From Blastocatellia bacterium (GTDB taxonomy: Bacteria; Acidobacteriota; Blastocatellia; UBA7656), in NCBI GenBank assembly GCA_963728545.1, contig CAVSKO010000002.1, forward strand, positions 2,924,477 through 2,988,476: 64,000 nt of DNA, read 5' to 3'. The position numbers were made by a program, and so were the translations under genes. Of this stretch, positions 9,697 through 17,868 are shown one piece after another. Below the pieces are notes generated by a model. That model was not told where the DNA came from. It saw only the letters and a list, made by a program, of their open reading frames with translations, and made no database searches. Position 1 is the stretch's first letter; each line of letters begins with the position of its first letter.

Positions 9697-9731
9697 AAAG
9701 AGAACGGCTGCCGGAGCCGTTCTCTTTTTAC
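9697..9731. terminator. Rho-independent terminator between convergent rpsT and the encapsulin gene, possibly bidirectional
   Basis: A-rich lead, then the stem agagaacggcTGCCggagccgttctct, followed by TTTTT. It sits 50 nt after the rpsT stop and just beyond the encapsulin stop on the other strand. Confidence 0.6.
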
Positions 9732-9751
9732 TGTAGTCGCAACCTGCTTTT

Positions 9752-10627
9752 TTACTTTCGCCGTCTCGTAGTCTTCGTATCGTCCGTGCCCGGCTCAAGC
9801 GTGCAGATAGAGCCGTGTCGCTTGATTCTCAGGTAGACCGATTCAAAGACGCGGAACGGATGATTCATGTGCTCTGCGCCCAGGTAGGCTACCGTTAGAT
9901 CCTGGGCTACGGCCAGGTCGAAGTTCTGCGAGCCGGTCGCAACGACCATACCGTACCCGTCTTTAATCAGAGGCGATTGATAAACGCCGTCGGTGATGAG
10001 CTGGCGGATGTGCTCTATTTCAAGCACTCCCGTGCCGGGATGGACCTGGTGCATCTGCGTATAGAGCGTCGGGCTTACGACCATCGCATAAGGCCCATAA
10101 AATCCCGCCTGCACGAGCGTCTGCGTAGCGTCTACGGTGTCTTGAAACGCATTGCCCGGCTCGGTCCAGTCGCGGCGCGTCAGCACGTGGCGGCCTTCGA
10201 CAACCATCAACCCTTCGTACCCCATCTCGGCGCTGCCGTTGAATATCAGGTCGTCTTCGGCGTCGGCGCAAAAAGCGGCCGCGCCCGCCGCCGCCGAAGT
10301 GTCGAGCGGCGTGCCGCTCTGCCGCGCAGTTTCGATGTCTCGCCAGTGGAGAACGAAGTCTTTGTAGATCAGCGGAATAATTCCGCTCTCCCGCCGCACG
10401 GAGCGGACGGGGTCGGACTCCTCCTCGCCGAGCAATCCTATGCGGCCAATCGTAGTGCCGGAGAAATGATCGTGAACGATAGTCTGTATGCCCGGGCCGA
10501 GCGGGCCGTGAAGGTCTACGATGCGGCGGCCTACCAGGCGCTTGCGCGCAACGTCTATCACTACCTGATTTAGATTTTCCCACTCTTGATCGTTTAGCGG
10601 GTTTTCTTCGTGAGCAAAGATGGGCAT
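9752..10627 (-). CDS. encA: Family 1 encapsulin nanocompartment shell protein (EncA/linocin-M18-like, HK97 fold)
   Basis: The N-terminus MPIFAHEENPLNDQEWENLNQVVIDVARKRLVGRRIVDLHGPLGPGIQT matches M. xanthus EncA (MPDFLGHAENPLREEEWARLNETVIQVARRSLVGRRILDIYGPLGAGVQT). The match continues through IPLIYKDFVLHWRDIE, GVLEIEHIRQLITDGVYQS, MNHPFRVFE and ICTLE. The track ORF begins at a TTG at 10637-10639. The ATG at 10625-10627 (MPIF…) is preceded by GGAGGAGAGG and aligns with the EncA N-terminus, so I take it as the start. Confidence 0.85.
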   Translation of the reverse strand: MPIFAHEENPLNDQEWENLNQVVIDVARKRLVGRRIVDLHGPLGPGIQTIVHDHFSGTTIGRIGLLGEEESDPVRSVRRESGIIPLIYKDFVLHWRDIETARQSGTPLDTSAAAGAAAFCADAEDDLIFNGSAEMGYEGLMVVEGRHVLTRRDWTEPGNAFQDTVDATQTLVQAGFYGPYAMVVSPTLYTQMHQVHPGTGVLEIEHIRQLITDGVYQSPLIKDGYGMVVATGSQNFDLAVAQDLTVAYLGAEHMNHPFRVFESVYLRIKRHGSICTLEPGTDDTKTTRRRK

Positions 10628-10640
10628 CCTCTCCTCCAAT

Positions 10641-11711
10641 CTAAAATTCGAATATACTCCAGCGCGCGCTTTCGGGCAAAGTCAATTCGGCCACGAGATA
10701 TTGTATCTGGAGGCGTGGCGTCGCCTCCGAATTCTTTATCGCGTTGTCTACCTGGGCAATGCGGCGAAGCCCGTGAACTATCTCTTCGCGCCCGCTGCGG
10801 CTGACGCGGGCATTAAAATCGGCGGCGTTTCTGCCGTAGCGGCCCGTAGCGCGGTTGACTTCGTCGGCTTCCGCTCCGCGCGCCATCAAATCCTTTGCGG
10901 CCAACAACCGCCGGTACAGCCCCGCCAACGCGCCAAGTATCATTAACGGATCGTTGCCGTCGTCCAACAACCTTTCCGTGAGCCGGAGGGCGCGCTTGCG
11001 ATTACGCTCAAGGATGGCGTCCCACAACTCCCAGGTCGTGTGCTCGCGCGCGCGCGGCACAAGCTCTTCGACTACGGCAGAGTTGATAAATCCGCCGCCC
11101 GCGTACGAGGCGAGTTTATCCAGTTCGTTTGCCAGCCTCGAAAGACGCGTGCCTACAAGCCCTATCAAAAGACCGAGCGCCGCCGGTTCTATGCGGCAGT
11201 CACGCAGCTTCAAATAGCCTTCGGCCCATCGCGCCGCCTGCTGATCCGAGAGGCGATCAAAAGCGACTACGGTGCAGGCTTTCAAAAGCGCGGTCGAAAG
11301 CTTTCGCCGCTGGTCGAGCGAGACTGTTTGGAAGACGACCGTCGAGGAGGGCGCGGGCCGCTTCAGGTATTCAAGCACCATCTCGGTTTCGCCTTCTTTA
11401 ATCTTGTCGAAATCCTTTATGACAATTATACGGCGCGAGGTTGAAAGCGTCATCTCGTTGGCCGTGTCTATGGCGTCCGCCGCCGTAGTCTTCGCCCCCG
11501 AAGGATGGCTTTCGCCGATGGTAAAAGTGAAGATGTTGAACGCGCGCTCGGCTTCGTCAACGGTGTTATAGAGCAGCCTGAGCGCGCGCTCCCCCAGGTA
11601 TTGCTCTTCGCCCGCAAACAGGTAGAGCGCGTCTATGCGGCGTTCTTTGATCTGGCGGCGAAAATCTTCGTAAGTGATACCGTCGAGCTTTTTTTTGGGT
11701 CGCCTGCTCAC
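10641..11711 (-). CDS. holA: DNA polymerase III subunit delta
   Basis: The protein is 356 aa. ALYLFAGEEQYLGERAL… is a HolA-like N-terminal region. It lies directly downstream of lptE, a conserved lptE-holA arrangement. A GTG start overlaps the lptE stop by 4 nt. Confidence 0.75.
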   Translation of the reverse strand: MSRRPKKKLDGITYEDFRRQIKERRIDALYLFAGEEQYLGERALRLLYNTVDEAERAFNIFTFTIGESHPSGAKTTAADAIDTANEMTLSTSRRIIVIKDFDKIKEGETEMVLEYLKRPAPSSTVVFQTVSLDQRRKLSTALLKACTVVAFDRLSDQQAARWAEGYLKLRDCRIEPAALGLLIGLVGTRLSRLANELDKLASYAGGGFINSAVVEELVPRAREHTTWELWDAILERNRKRALRLTERLLDDGNDPLMILGALAGLYRRLLAAKDLMARGAEADEVNRATGRYGRNAADFNARVSRSGREEIVHGLRRIAQVDNAIKNSEATPRLQIQYLVAELTLPESARWSIFEF

Positions 11712-12229
11712 AGCCCTTCCATTATGGTTGAAATGACGGTCTGCGCGAACTCGCGCGCTATGCGGTCGACAGCCGGGTTCTCTTCGTTGAAAAACGATTC
11801 AGGGTCATCCGAAAGCTGATACTCGCCTTCAAACACCATTCGCGGGTTGTTAAAAAGTATCTTATGCGTGCGGTTATCCCTCACCGTCACGCTCACGATG
11901 ATGCGGACGTCCCAAACCCTGGTGCGCCCCTGCGAGTCGAGGATCGTGCCGACGGCGCGAAAGCTCCTGATGTCGCCGTTGAGCGTGACGTCAGCCGCTT
12001 CGGGGTCGGTGGTCACGCGCAAGCCGCGCGCGCGCTTTAGTATCTCTTCCGCGACCGCCTGTGTGAAACGCTGCTCGACGCGATACTTCAGGCTTGAGTT
12101 TTGAAAGATAGGCACCGCAATCGTCTTGACGTCGGCGGGCAGGCTCTTGCCTTTGCCCGCGGGCTTGTAGCCGCACACGTCCAGCACGAGCGAGAGAACG
12201 ACCGCGATGACTGCTGCTTTAATCATCAA
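11708..12229 (-). CDS. lptE: LPS-assembly lipoprotein LptE
   Basis: Lipoprotein signal (…VLDVCGYKP), 173 aa, and the conserved position upstream of holA. Confidence 0.65.
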   Translation of the reverse strand: MMIKAAVIAVVLSLVLDVCGYKPAGKGKSLPADVKTIAVPIFQNSSLKYRVEQRFTQAVAEEILKRARGLRVTTDPEAADVTLNGDIRSFRAVGTILDSQGRTRVWDVRIIVSVTVRDNRTHKILFNNPRMVFEGEYQLSDDPESFFNEENPAVDRIAREFAQTVISTIMEGL

Positions 12230-12354
12230 TAGTGATATTAGCGGCCCGAAGGCTTCGCATACAAGCTCAGGCTTGACTGTAGCATCGGGTCACAACTAGG
12301 CTTTCTCTGGCTTCTTCGGACAGCCCCCCTGCGAGAGAAGAAAGAAGGACGGTT

Positions 12355-13920
12355 ATGAGTTTGCACACGGGCGATAAAGCGTTCATCTCCCCGTTCGGGT
12401 TCAACGACGCGGATAAAGAAGAAAAGATTCTCCCGCAACTTTACCTGCGCGAGACGGGTTTCAACCGCCAGGCGATCGATCCTTTAGTCAGCGTGATAAT
12501 AGGCCGCCGAGGCTCGGGCAAAACGGCGCTCGCTCAATACTTGAAATTCGAACAGGAAGATCGCTATGACGTCTATGTAGACATAGACGAGCCGGACACC
12601 TACAGCCAGATTCTTCTGGAGCTTAGCAAGAAAGTAGACCACAACGCCGCGCTCAACGTCGTTGACGACGTGTCGAAGATGTGGGAGCTTGCTTTCTGGA
12701 CTTCGTTGATGTCCGAAGTGCTTGAGATCAACGGCATAGAATCCGCCGACGACAAAAAGAAGATTCAAAAATACCTGACCAGCGTAAACGTCCGGGCGGG
12801 GCGCGGCACCCAGGTCATTCGCACGGTCTTTAAGGCGCTGGCCGAGTTCGCAGCCGAGCGCGCGGGCGCGGTCGTCGATCTCATATTCAAAGTAAACGAC
12901 ATACTAAAGTCCGTAGAGTTTGAAGAATCAAAAGAGGCGATAAACCGCTACCTCGAACGCGGCCACAAAGCGGTAATAGTCATAGACACGCTCGAACAGT
13001 ATGACGTAAGACGGGCCGAGATGCAGCAGGCGCTGGGTGCGATGCTGCACGCCGTAACTCAATTCGCGCTCGGCAAAGTTCATCACAATATCCAGGTCAA
13101 ATGTTTTCTGCCGGGCGAGATAGTGCCTTACCTGTTGGAGTCCACGATTCAGAATATAGGCAAGACGTTTGAATTTCCCGTCTATCTGCTCTGGCGTCCG
13201 AAAGACCTGCTCAGGCTTGTCTGTTCGCGATATTACTATTTTCTAAAACAGGATTTCCCCGACGTGGCAAAGTCGATCCCGAAGGTGAACTGGGACAGCT
13301 ACTCTGATGTCCGAAACAAGATATGGGACCGCTTCTTCCCGGCAAAGATACGCAACCGGCACGGCAGAGAAGAGGATTCGTTTCAATATATAATTCGCCA
13401 CACGCAGCTCCGGCCCCGCCAGATCATCTGGCTGTGCAACTCGATTGCGCAACTCGCCTATGACCGAAGAGTATTTCCCAAATTCGAAAATGAAGACGTC
13501 GTTCGCGGCGTTCACGGCGTCGAAGAGTTGATAGCGAGCGAAATATTGAACTCTTACAATAAAGTTTATCCGGCTATGCGCCAGATACTGAATTGCTTTC
13601 GCGGCGAGTCGAACGTCTTAGATCGGGCGGCTTACCTGGACAAGCTCGCGCCGCGCACCAGAAAAGCCTGGCCCGAAAGCATGCCCTACGACAGAAGCAC
13701 GCTTTGGCAGATGGTATCGGAAATCGGCTTCCTCGGCTCGGTCGTAGAAAAGACCGACCGCTTTTACGAAGCCCAATTTGAATATACGACGCGCGACCGC
13801 CTCATCTTAAACGAAGACGAAGAGTGCGCCATCCATCCCATTTTTTACAAGCTCTTTGGGATCAAAGCCGTCAAAGAGCGACCCGTTTACCCGGTAGGCC
13901 CGGACAGGTTAGATGATTAG
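12355..13920 (+). CDS. P-loop NTPase of unknown function (Walker A GRRGSGKT; candidate Walker B VIVIDTLEQ)
   Basis: A 521-aa ORF with lower GC and more A/T-ending codons than its neighbours. It is an isolated single gene, divergent from the lptE operon and convergent with a phosphatase gene. I recognise no transporter or ABC signature. Confidence 0.6.
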   Translation: MSLHTGDKAFISPFGFNDADKEEKILPQLYLRETGFNRQAIDPLVSVIIGRRGSGKTALAQYLKFEQEDRYDVYVDIDEPDTYSQILLELSKKVDHNAALNVVDDVSKMWELAFWTSLMSEVLEINGIESADDKKKIQKYLTSVNVRAGRGTQVIRTVFKALAEFAAERAGAVVDLIFKVNDILKSVEFEESKEAINRYLERGHKAVIVIDTLEQYDVRRAEMQQALGAMLHAVTQFALGKVHHNIQVKCFLPGEIVPYLLESTIQNIGKTFEFPVYLLWRPKDLLRLVCSRYYYFLKQDFPDVAKSIPKVNWDSYSDVRNKIWDRFFPAKIRNRHGREEDSFQYIIRHTQLRPRQIIWLCNSIAQLAYDRRVFPKFENEDVVRGVHGVEELIASEILNSYNKVYPAMRQILNCFRGESNVLDRAAYLDKLAPRTRKAWPESMPYDRSTLWQMVSEIGFLGSVVEKTDRFYEAQFEYTTRDRLILNEDEECAIHPIFYKLFGIKAVKERPVYPVGPDRLDD

Positions 13921-13957
13921 AGAATGCTTGAGCGGCATTCTTACTCTTTAGGCTGAC

Positions 13958-14713
13958 TTACTCTTTAGGCTGAGGCGGCGGCGGCGGAGTCAGAGGCTCC
14001 GAGGTAGCAACGTCCGCTTCCTTCACGCCCGCAGGCGCAAGCGCCACTTTGGCCGGTTTTATCTTGTCGTAGTAATCGCGCACATAGTCTTTGATGGCCC
14101 CGTGACCCCACCGCGAGTAGTAGTCATAGTTCTTCATCTCGCGATAAACCTGGTCGTAATCCCAGCCATACTTGTTATAGCGATACAGAGCGCCTATTAA
14201 ACCCGTCCGATGGCGACCGCCCACGCAATGCACATAAACAGGCCCTTTTGATTCATCATTCGCAACGGCGAAGAATGCCGCGATCTGCTCATCACTCGGC
14301 CTCTTCTTATCACTCATTGGAATATTCACGTATAGCATTTGCGCAGCTTCCGCTCGCGGCTTTTCATAATCGGTAGGGTCATCGCGCAGATCGATTACCG
14401 TCTTGACGCCGAGCGCGGCAAGCGCCGAGTAATCATCCGGCTTCGGCTGTGCGCCCCTGTAGAAATAGTCGTCCATCCTGCCGAAGTTCTTTATTGTGAT
14501 ATTGGGAAAATCAGAAGGACCGGTTATATCCGTCGAGATGCCGCTGCTTGCGACTGTCTCTGACGGCGGCGGGTTGTTCGGCTCGCTTGCCGGATACCCG
14601 AGTGCGAAGATAATAAGCAACGCAAACAGGCCCGCTTTCCAGAGATCGACCTTAGAAAAGAGTTTTTGATCATCCTTTTTCATACCCAAGTCCTCCCCTG
14701 GGCATCGAGGCAT
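13958..14713 (-). CDS. Membrane-anchored protein tyrosine / dual-specificity phosphatase
   Basis: CX5R active-site loop HCVGGRHRTG. N-terminal TM helix and a C-terminal poly-Pro tail. Confidence 0.75.
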   Translation of the reverse strand: MPRCPGEDLGMKKDDQKLFSKVDLWKAGLFALLIIFALGYPASEPNNPPPSETVASSGISTDITGPSDFPNITIKNFGRMDDYFYRGAQPKPDDYSALAALGVKTVIDLRDDPTDYEKPRAEAAQMLYVNIPMSDKKRPSDEQIAAFFAVANDESKGPVYVHCVGGRHRTGLIGALYRYNKYGWDYDQVYREMKNYDYYSRWGHGAIKDYVRDYYDKIKPAKVALAPAGVKEADVATSEPLTPPPPPQPKE

Positions 14714-14899
14714 AGGCGCTCGAAATACTGCCCTGATTGTTTAACATACTCTTAACACGCCTTTAATATTATCAACTACCGTGCCATTACTATGCAGGTT
14801 AATGAGGGGGCGTGAGGCGAGATTGTGTCTTATGTGGATACAATTATTGCCGGCAAGTGTACGATCCGATAAAACCGATTTACATTGAATGTACGGGAC

Positions 14900-15040
14900 C
14901 GGAGAGACATCTCACCGCCGCAGAGGCACAGAGAACGCATATGGCCTATGATGTACTTCGCACGCGGCGGGGGGCGCAGAGCAGACGTTGGTTTTCTCTG
15001 CGCCCGCTCTGTGCTCTCTGTGTCTGCGGCGGTGAATCTT
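14900..15040. repeat. Family A long palindromic repeat, copy 1 of 3
   Basis: GGAGAGACATCTCACCGCCGCAGAGGCACAGAG…CTCTGTGTCTGCGGCGGTGAATCT. Two arms of about 65 bp form a long hairpin. Copies are at 38747-38861 and 56675-56836. Confidence 0.7.
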
Positions 15041-15113
15041 CTTTCATTCCCTTACACTCATAGCGAGGCCGGTCGCCCAGCCTCGCTTTCTTCACTCGCT
15101 ACCTGTTTTGAGA

Positions 15114-15596
15114 TTAGTTCAGAGCCTGCACCTTCTGGACTTTCTGGACAGCCGGGAGCAGGAATCTTGTTTCGCCCGATTCGTTATCGAAGATTTCAAT
15201 TGTCGGAATGCAATTATCCACAGCTCGCGTATCAGGAGTCCCGACGAACCTTACCTCTGCTCGTAAATTGGCGCGGTTGCTTCCTCGTCCTATTATTTCG
15301 TTGCCTCTCAAATCCAGGAACGCTGACTTGCCTGTGTCAATTTCATAGACCTTTTGAGATAGGATGTTGCCGCCGTCGTCTATGAATACCATCTCTACCC
15401 TGATGCAAGGAACAAACGCCCGGTCTTCCAGGTTTACCAGATTGATGCGAGCCGTCTGCGCTCTGGTGATGCCAAACATGCCTGTCGTCTTTGCGGAGTT
15501 AACGGCCGCTCCGGCGCTTGTTGCGCCCCACACCGCTCCTGCCGCTATGAGCGCGACCAGCGTTATCAATTTCAAGACTCTGTTTTGCGTTTTCAT
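15114..15596 (-). CDS. Hypothetical secreted protein
   Basis: Signal peptide MKTQNRVLKLITLVALIAAGAVWGATSAGA. I recognise no motif. Confidence 0.5.
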   Translation of the reverse strand: MKTQNRVLKLITLVALIAAGAVWGATSAGAAVNSAKTTGMFGITRAQTARINLVNLEDRAFVPCIRVEMVFIDDGGNILSQKVYEIDTGKSAFLDLRGNEIIGRGSNRANLRAEVRFVGTPDTRAVDNCIPTIEIFDNESGETRFLLPAVQKVQKVQALN

Positions 15597-15660
15597 GACT
15601 TTCTCCTTTTCGTAAGCTTTCGATTAATGGTTATCGGTTAACGAATTGGTTAGGCGGCGA

Positions 15661-16680
15661 TCATTGGGGAGGGCAATCGCCGGGACAATTCGTAGAGTTC
15701 TCGCCCGGCTCGCATTTGCCGTTTCCTGCTGTCGGAGGGCAATCGCCGGGGCAGGTCGCATTGCTTTCGCCGCGACTAACTTCGCACACACCGTCGCCGC
15801 AGTAGGGCGCGGGCAGCGGGGGCGAATGCGGCCAGAGTGAAGGCTCTCCATTGTCCCCGGTCACGAAGGGGAACCATATCGTCAGCACCCACTGTGTCCT
15901 GTCAAAGGTCTTTGCCCAACCCTGGTCGTCGAAGTGGTGTCCGAGCGCGGGCGAATTCTCAAGCGCCGCAAGGCTCGCGAAATCCGGTGTGGTCGGGTCC
16001 TGGGGAGCTATGCGGTTTGCGAAGTAGACGAGCTGCGCAATTTGCTCGTCTTTATTGTAGAGAAGCCACACACTGGTCAGCCCGCGCTGTTCGGCTTCGG
16101 CCAGGATCGCGTCCCATTTCTGATTGAGGATATTATTTTGGTTCTGCGCCGGGACGCTCCAACGCTCTGTTCGCACAATGATCCTGGTATCGATCTCATC
16201 CAGGTGATATGCCTCAATTACACGCCAGGCGTGATAATCGGGGTTGATGAATATCGGCCTGTCGAAGAAGTGCATGCCGTCGAGAATAAAGTCATTCTTG
16301 ACCCAATCTTTGTATTGCTCGGCATCGTGCTCTGTATCGAACAGGTAACGGCCCCCGCTCAAAAGGTTTCCCGTAGCAAAATCGATTCTGAGGGGCAGGT
16401 ACTTGTTCTGCATCCCGCGTCTTGCGGCCATATACATTCGGTCGCGCTCAATGAGCGGAGCCACCTGATTTAGCGGCAGGCTTGCGGGGAGCGCGAAATC
16501 GGCTGTGAACGCGCCCTTCGCCTTGACCTTGCCTACAGTTGAGTGCGGGCCATTATGATCTGCTGCTGTCGTAGAAATTGTTCCCGGCTTTACGGATGCG
16601 CCGACCGCCAGTGCGGAACAGACTATCAGGCAAAGCGCCAATCGCAATTTCCAACCGCTGATTCTTTGTGTTCTTAACAT
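15661..16680 (-). CDS. Hypothetical secreted protein with C-terminal Cys-rich repeats (CGDGVCE…CPGDC)
   Basis: Signal peptide. The C-terminus CGDGVCEVSRGESNATCPGDCPPTAGNGKCEPGENSTNCPGDCPPQ resembles the myxobacterial-type cysteine-rich repeat. Confidence 0.5.
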   Translation of the reverse strand: MLRTQRISGWKLRLALCLIVCSALAVGASVKPGTISTTAADHNGPHSTVGKVKAKGAFTADFALPASLPLNQVAPLIERDRMYMAARRGMQNKYLPLRIDFATGNLLSGGRYLFDTEHDAEQYKDWVKNDFILDGMHFFDRPIFINPDYHAWRVIEAYHLDEIDTRIIVRTERWSVPAQNQNNILNQKWDAILAEAEQRGLTSVWLLYNKDEQIAQLVYFANRIAPQDPTTPDFASLAALENSPALGHHFDDQGWAKTFDRTQWVLTIWFPFVTGDNGEPSLWPHSPPLPAPYCGDGVCEVSRGESNATCPGDCPPTAGNGKCEPGENSTNCPGDCPPQ

Positions 16681-16874
16681 CGCTGTTTCTCCTCCACTAA
16701 TATTTTCCGACCCGCCTTTCGACTCATTCGCGGATCGTGTGGTGAAGGTACTTCAACAACGATTCTGCGTCACCGCTTACGCAAGTAGGGATTTGAGGGA
16801 GAGGAGCGATCAATGTCCATTTCTTACTTCTGATCTATTCTGATCTATTTAGAGGTCGTATGAAAAGAATTATA

Positions 16875-17069
16875 AAAGCCCCGAAGGGGCGAAATTCAAC
16901 AGCCTGGGGCGCTAGCCCCAGGTCAGCGCCAAACATAACGGCAAGCCCTGTAAGGGCGAAATAGGTTTGATTGATCAACGTTATTTCGCCCTTACAGGGC
17001 TTGTTGATGTAGGCGCGCGCTACCCGGCACGCGGCAGCCGGGCTATTGAATTTCGCCCCTTCGGGGCTT
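16875..17069. mobile_element. Family B MITE-like element, copy 1, with about 30-bp terminal inverted repeats
   Basis: AAAGCCCCGAAGGGGCGAAATTCAACAGCC … GGCTATTGAATTTCGCCCCTTCGGGGCTT. Internal nested hairpins. Intergenic. Confidence 0.7.
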
Positions 17070-17107
17070 ATTGAAGTTATCCCCTTCGGTGATTTTCAAG
17101 ACGCGCT

Positions 17108-17779
17108 CTATACCAGCCGGTTGAGAAGGGCTTTGGCTACGGCTTCCGAGCGGGTGTGGACTTGCAGTTTTTCGTAAATGCTTTTCACATGAAAGTTGAC
17201 TGTGTTGACCGATACGCCAAGTTCGGCAGCAGCCGTCTTATAATTGTGGCCTTCGACAAAGAGTTTTAGCAGGCGGGTTTCGTGCGGGGTCAACTCGTAA
17301 TCGGCGCGCTCCGGGGGGCGAATCTCTCGAAACAACGAGATCACGCGGCGAGCGACTTCCGGCGACATCGGAGCGCCGCCGCTGACCGCTTCTTTCAGGC
17401 TTTCAAGCAGCCGGGCGGGCGGCGTCTTCTTCAATAAATAGCCGCTTGCTCCTGCGCACATCGCATCGAATATGCGCTCGTCATCGTTATAGACCGTGAG
17501 CATCAGCAACAACATGTTGGGATAGCGCTCTTTCAAAACTTTGATGCCCTCGATGCCGTTCATTCCCGGCAGACCTATGTCGGATAGCACCACGTCCGGC
17601 AACTCAAAACCTATTTTTTCCAGAGCCTCTTCCATCGTGCGATAGCTCCCCGTGCACCTGAAGCCTTCGGTCCCGTTAATCAGAAAGGTTAAGCATTCGC
17701 GGATGTCGCGCTGGTCTTCGATGAGCGCCACCTTGATGGTGGAAGGAGTCGTGTCCGTTTTGCCTGTGTCGCTTGCCAT
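17108..17779 (-). CDS. Two-component response regulator, NarL/FixJ (LuxR HTH) family
   Basis: REC domain (…LSDIGLPGMNG…) plus C-terminal LuxR-type HTH (LTPHETRLLKLFVEGHNYKTAAAELGVSVNTVNFHVKSIYEKL). Confidence 0.85.
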   Translation of the reverse strand: MASDTGKTDTTPSTIKVALIEDQRDIRECLTFLINGTEGFRCTGSYRTMEEALEKIGFELPDVVLSDIGLPGMNGIEGIKVLKERYPNMLLLMLTVYNDDERIFDAMCAGASGYLLKKTPPARLLESLKEAVSGGAPMSPEVARRVISLFREIRPPERADYELTPHETRLLKLFVEGHNYKTAAAELGVSVNTVNFHVKSIYEKLQVHTRSEAVAKALLNRLV

Positions 17780-17868
17780 AGTTTTATCTTCGTAAGTTCT
17801 ACCCTACGCCTGCTCGCCCGCCTTGTCACCACATAAATATGTAGTGGCAAAGATAAAAAAGAAAGAGA

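Noticed and set aside
9752-10639. TTG start at 10637-10639 for the encapsulin ORF (track coordinates), overlapping the holA stop region.
   Set aside because: The ATG at 10625-10627 is preceded by an ideal SD and reproduces the EncA N-terminus (MPxF…ENPL). The TTG extension adds four non-conserved residues, so I prefer 9752-10627.
10641-11711. Possibility that holA or lptE is the encapsulin cargo.
   Set aside because: Both are conserved housekeeping proteins, with clear HolA and LptE features. They lack C-terminal targeting-peptide-like motifs. Co-transcription does not imply encapsulation.
14812-15385. ORFs 14812-15063 and 14885-15385, plus 56651-56956 and 56724-57086, overlapping the palindromic repeats.
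   Set aside because: They lie within family A hairpin repeats and adjacent intergenic DNA. Arg/Cys-rich translations are typical of GC-rich non-coding sequence, and they are not conserved between repeat copies in the same frame.
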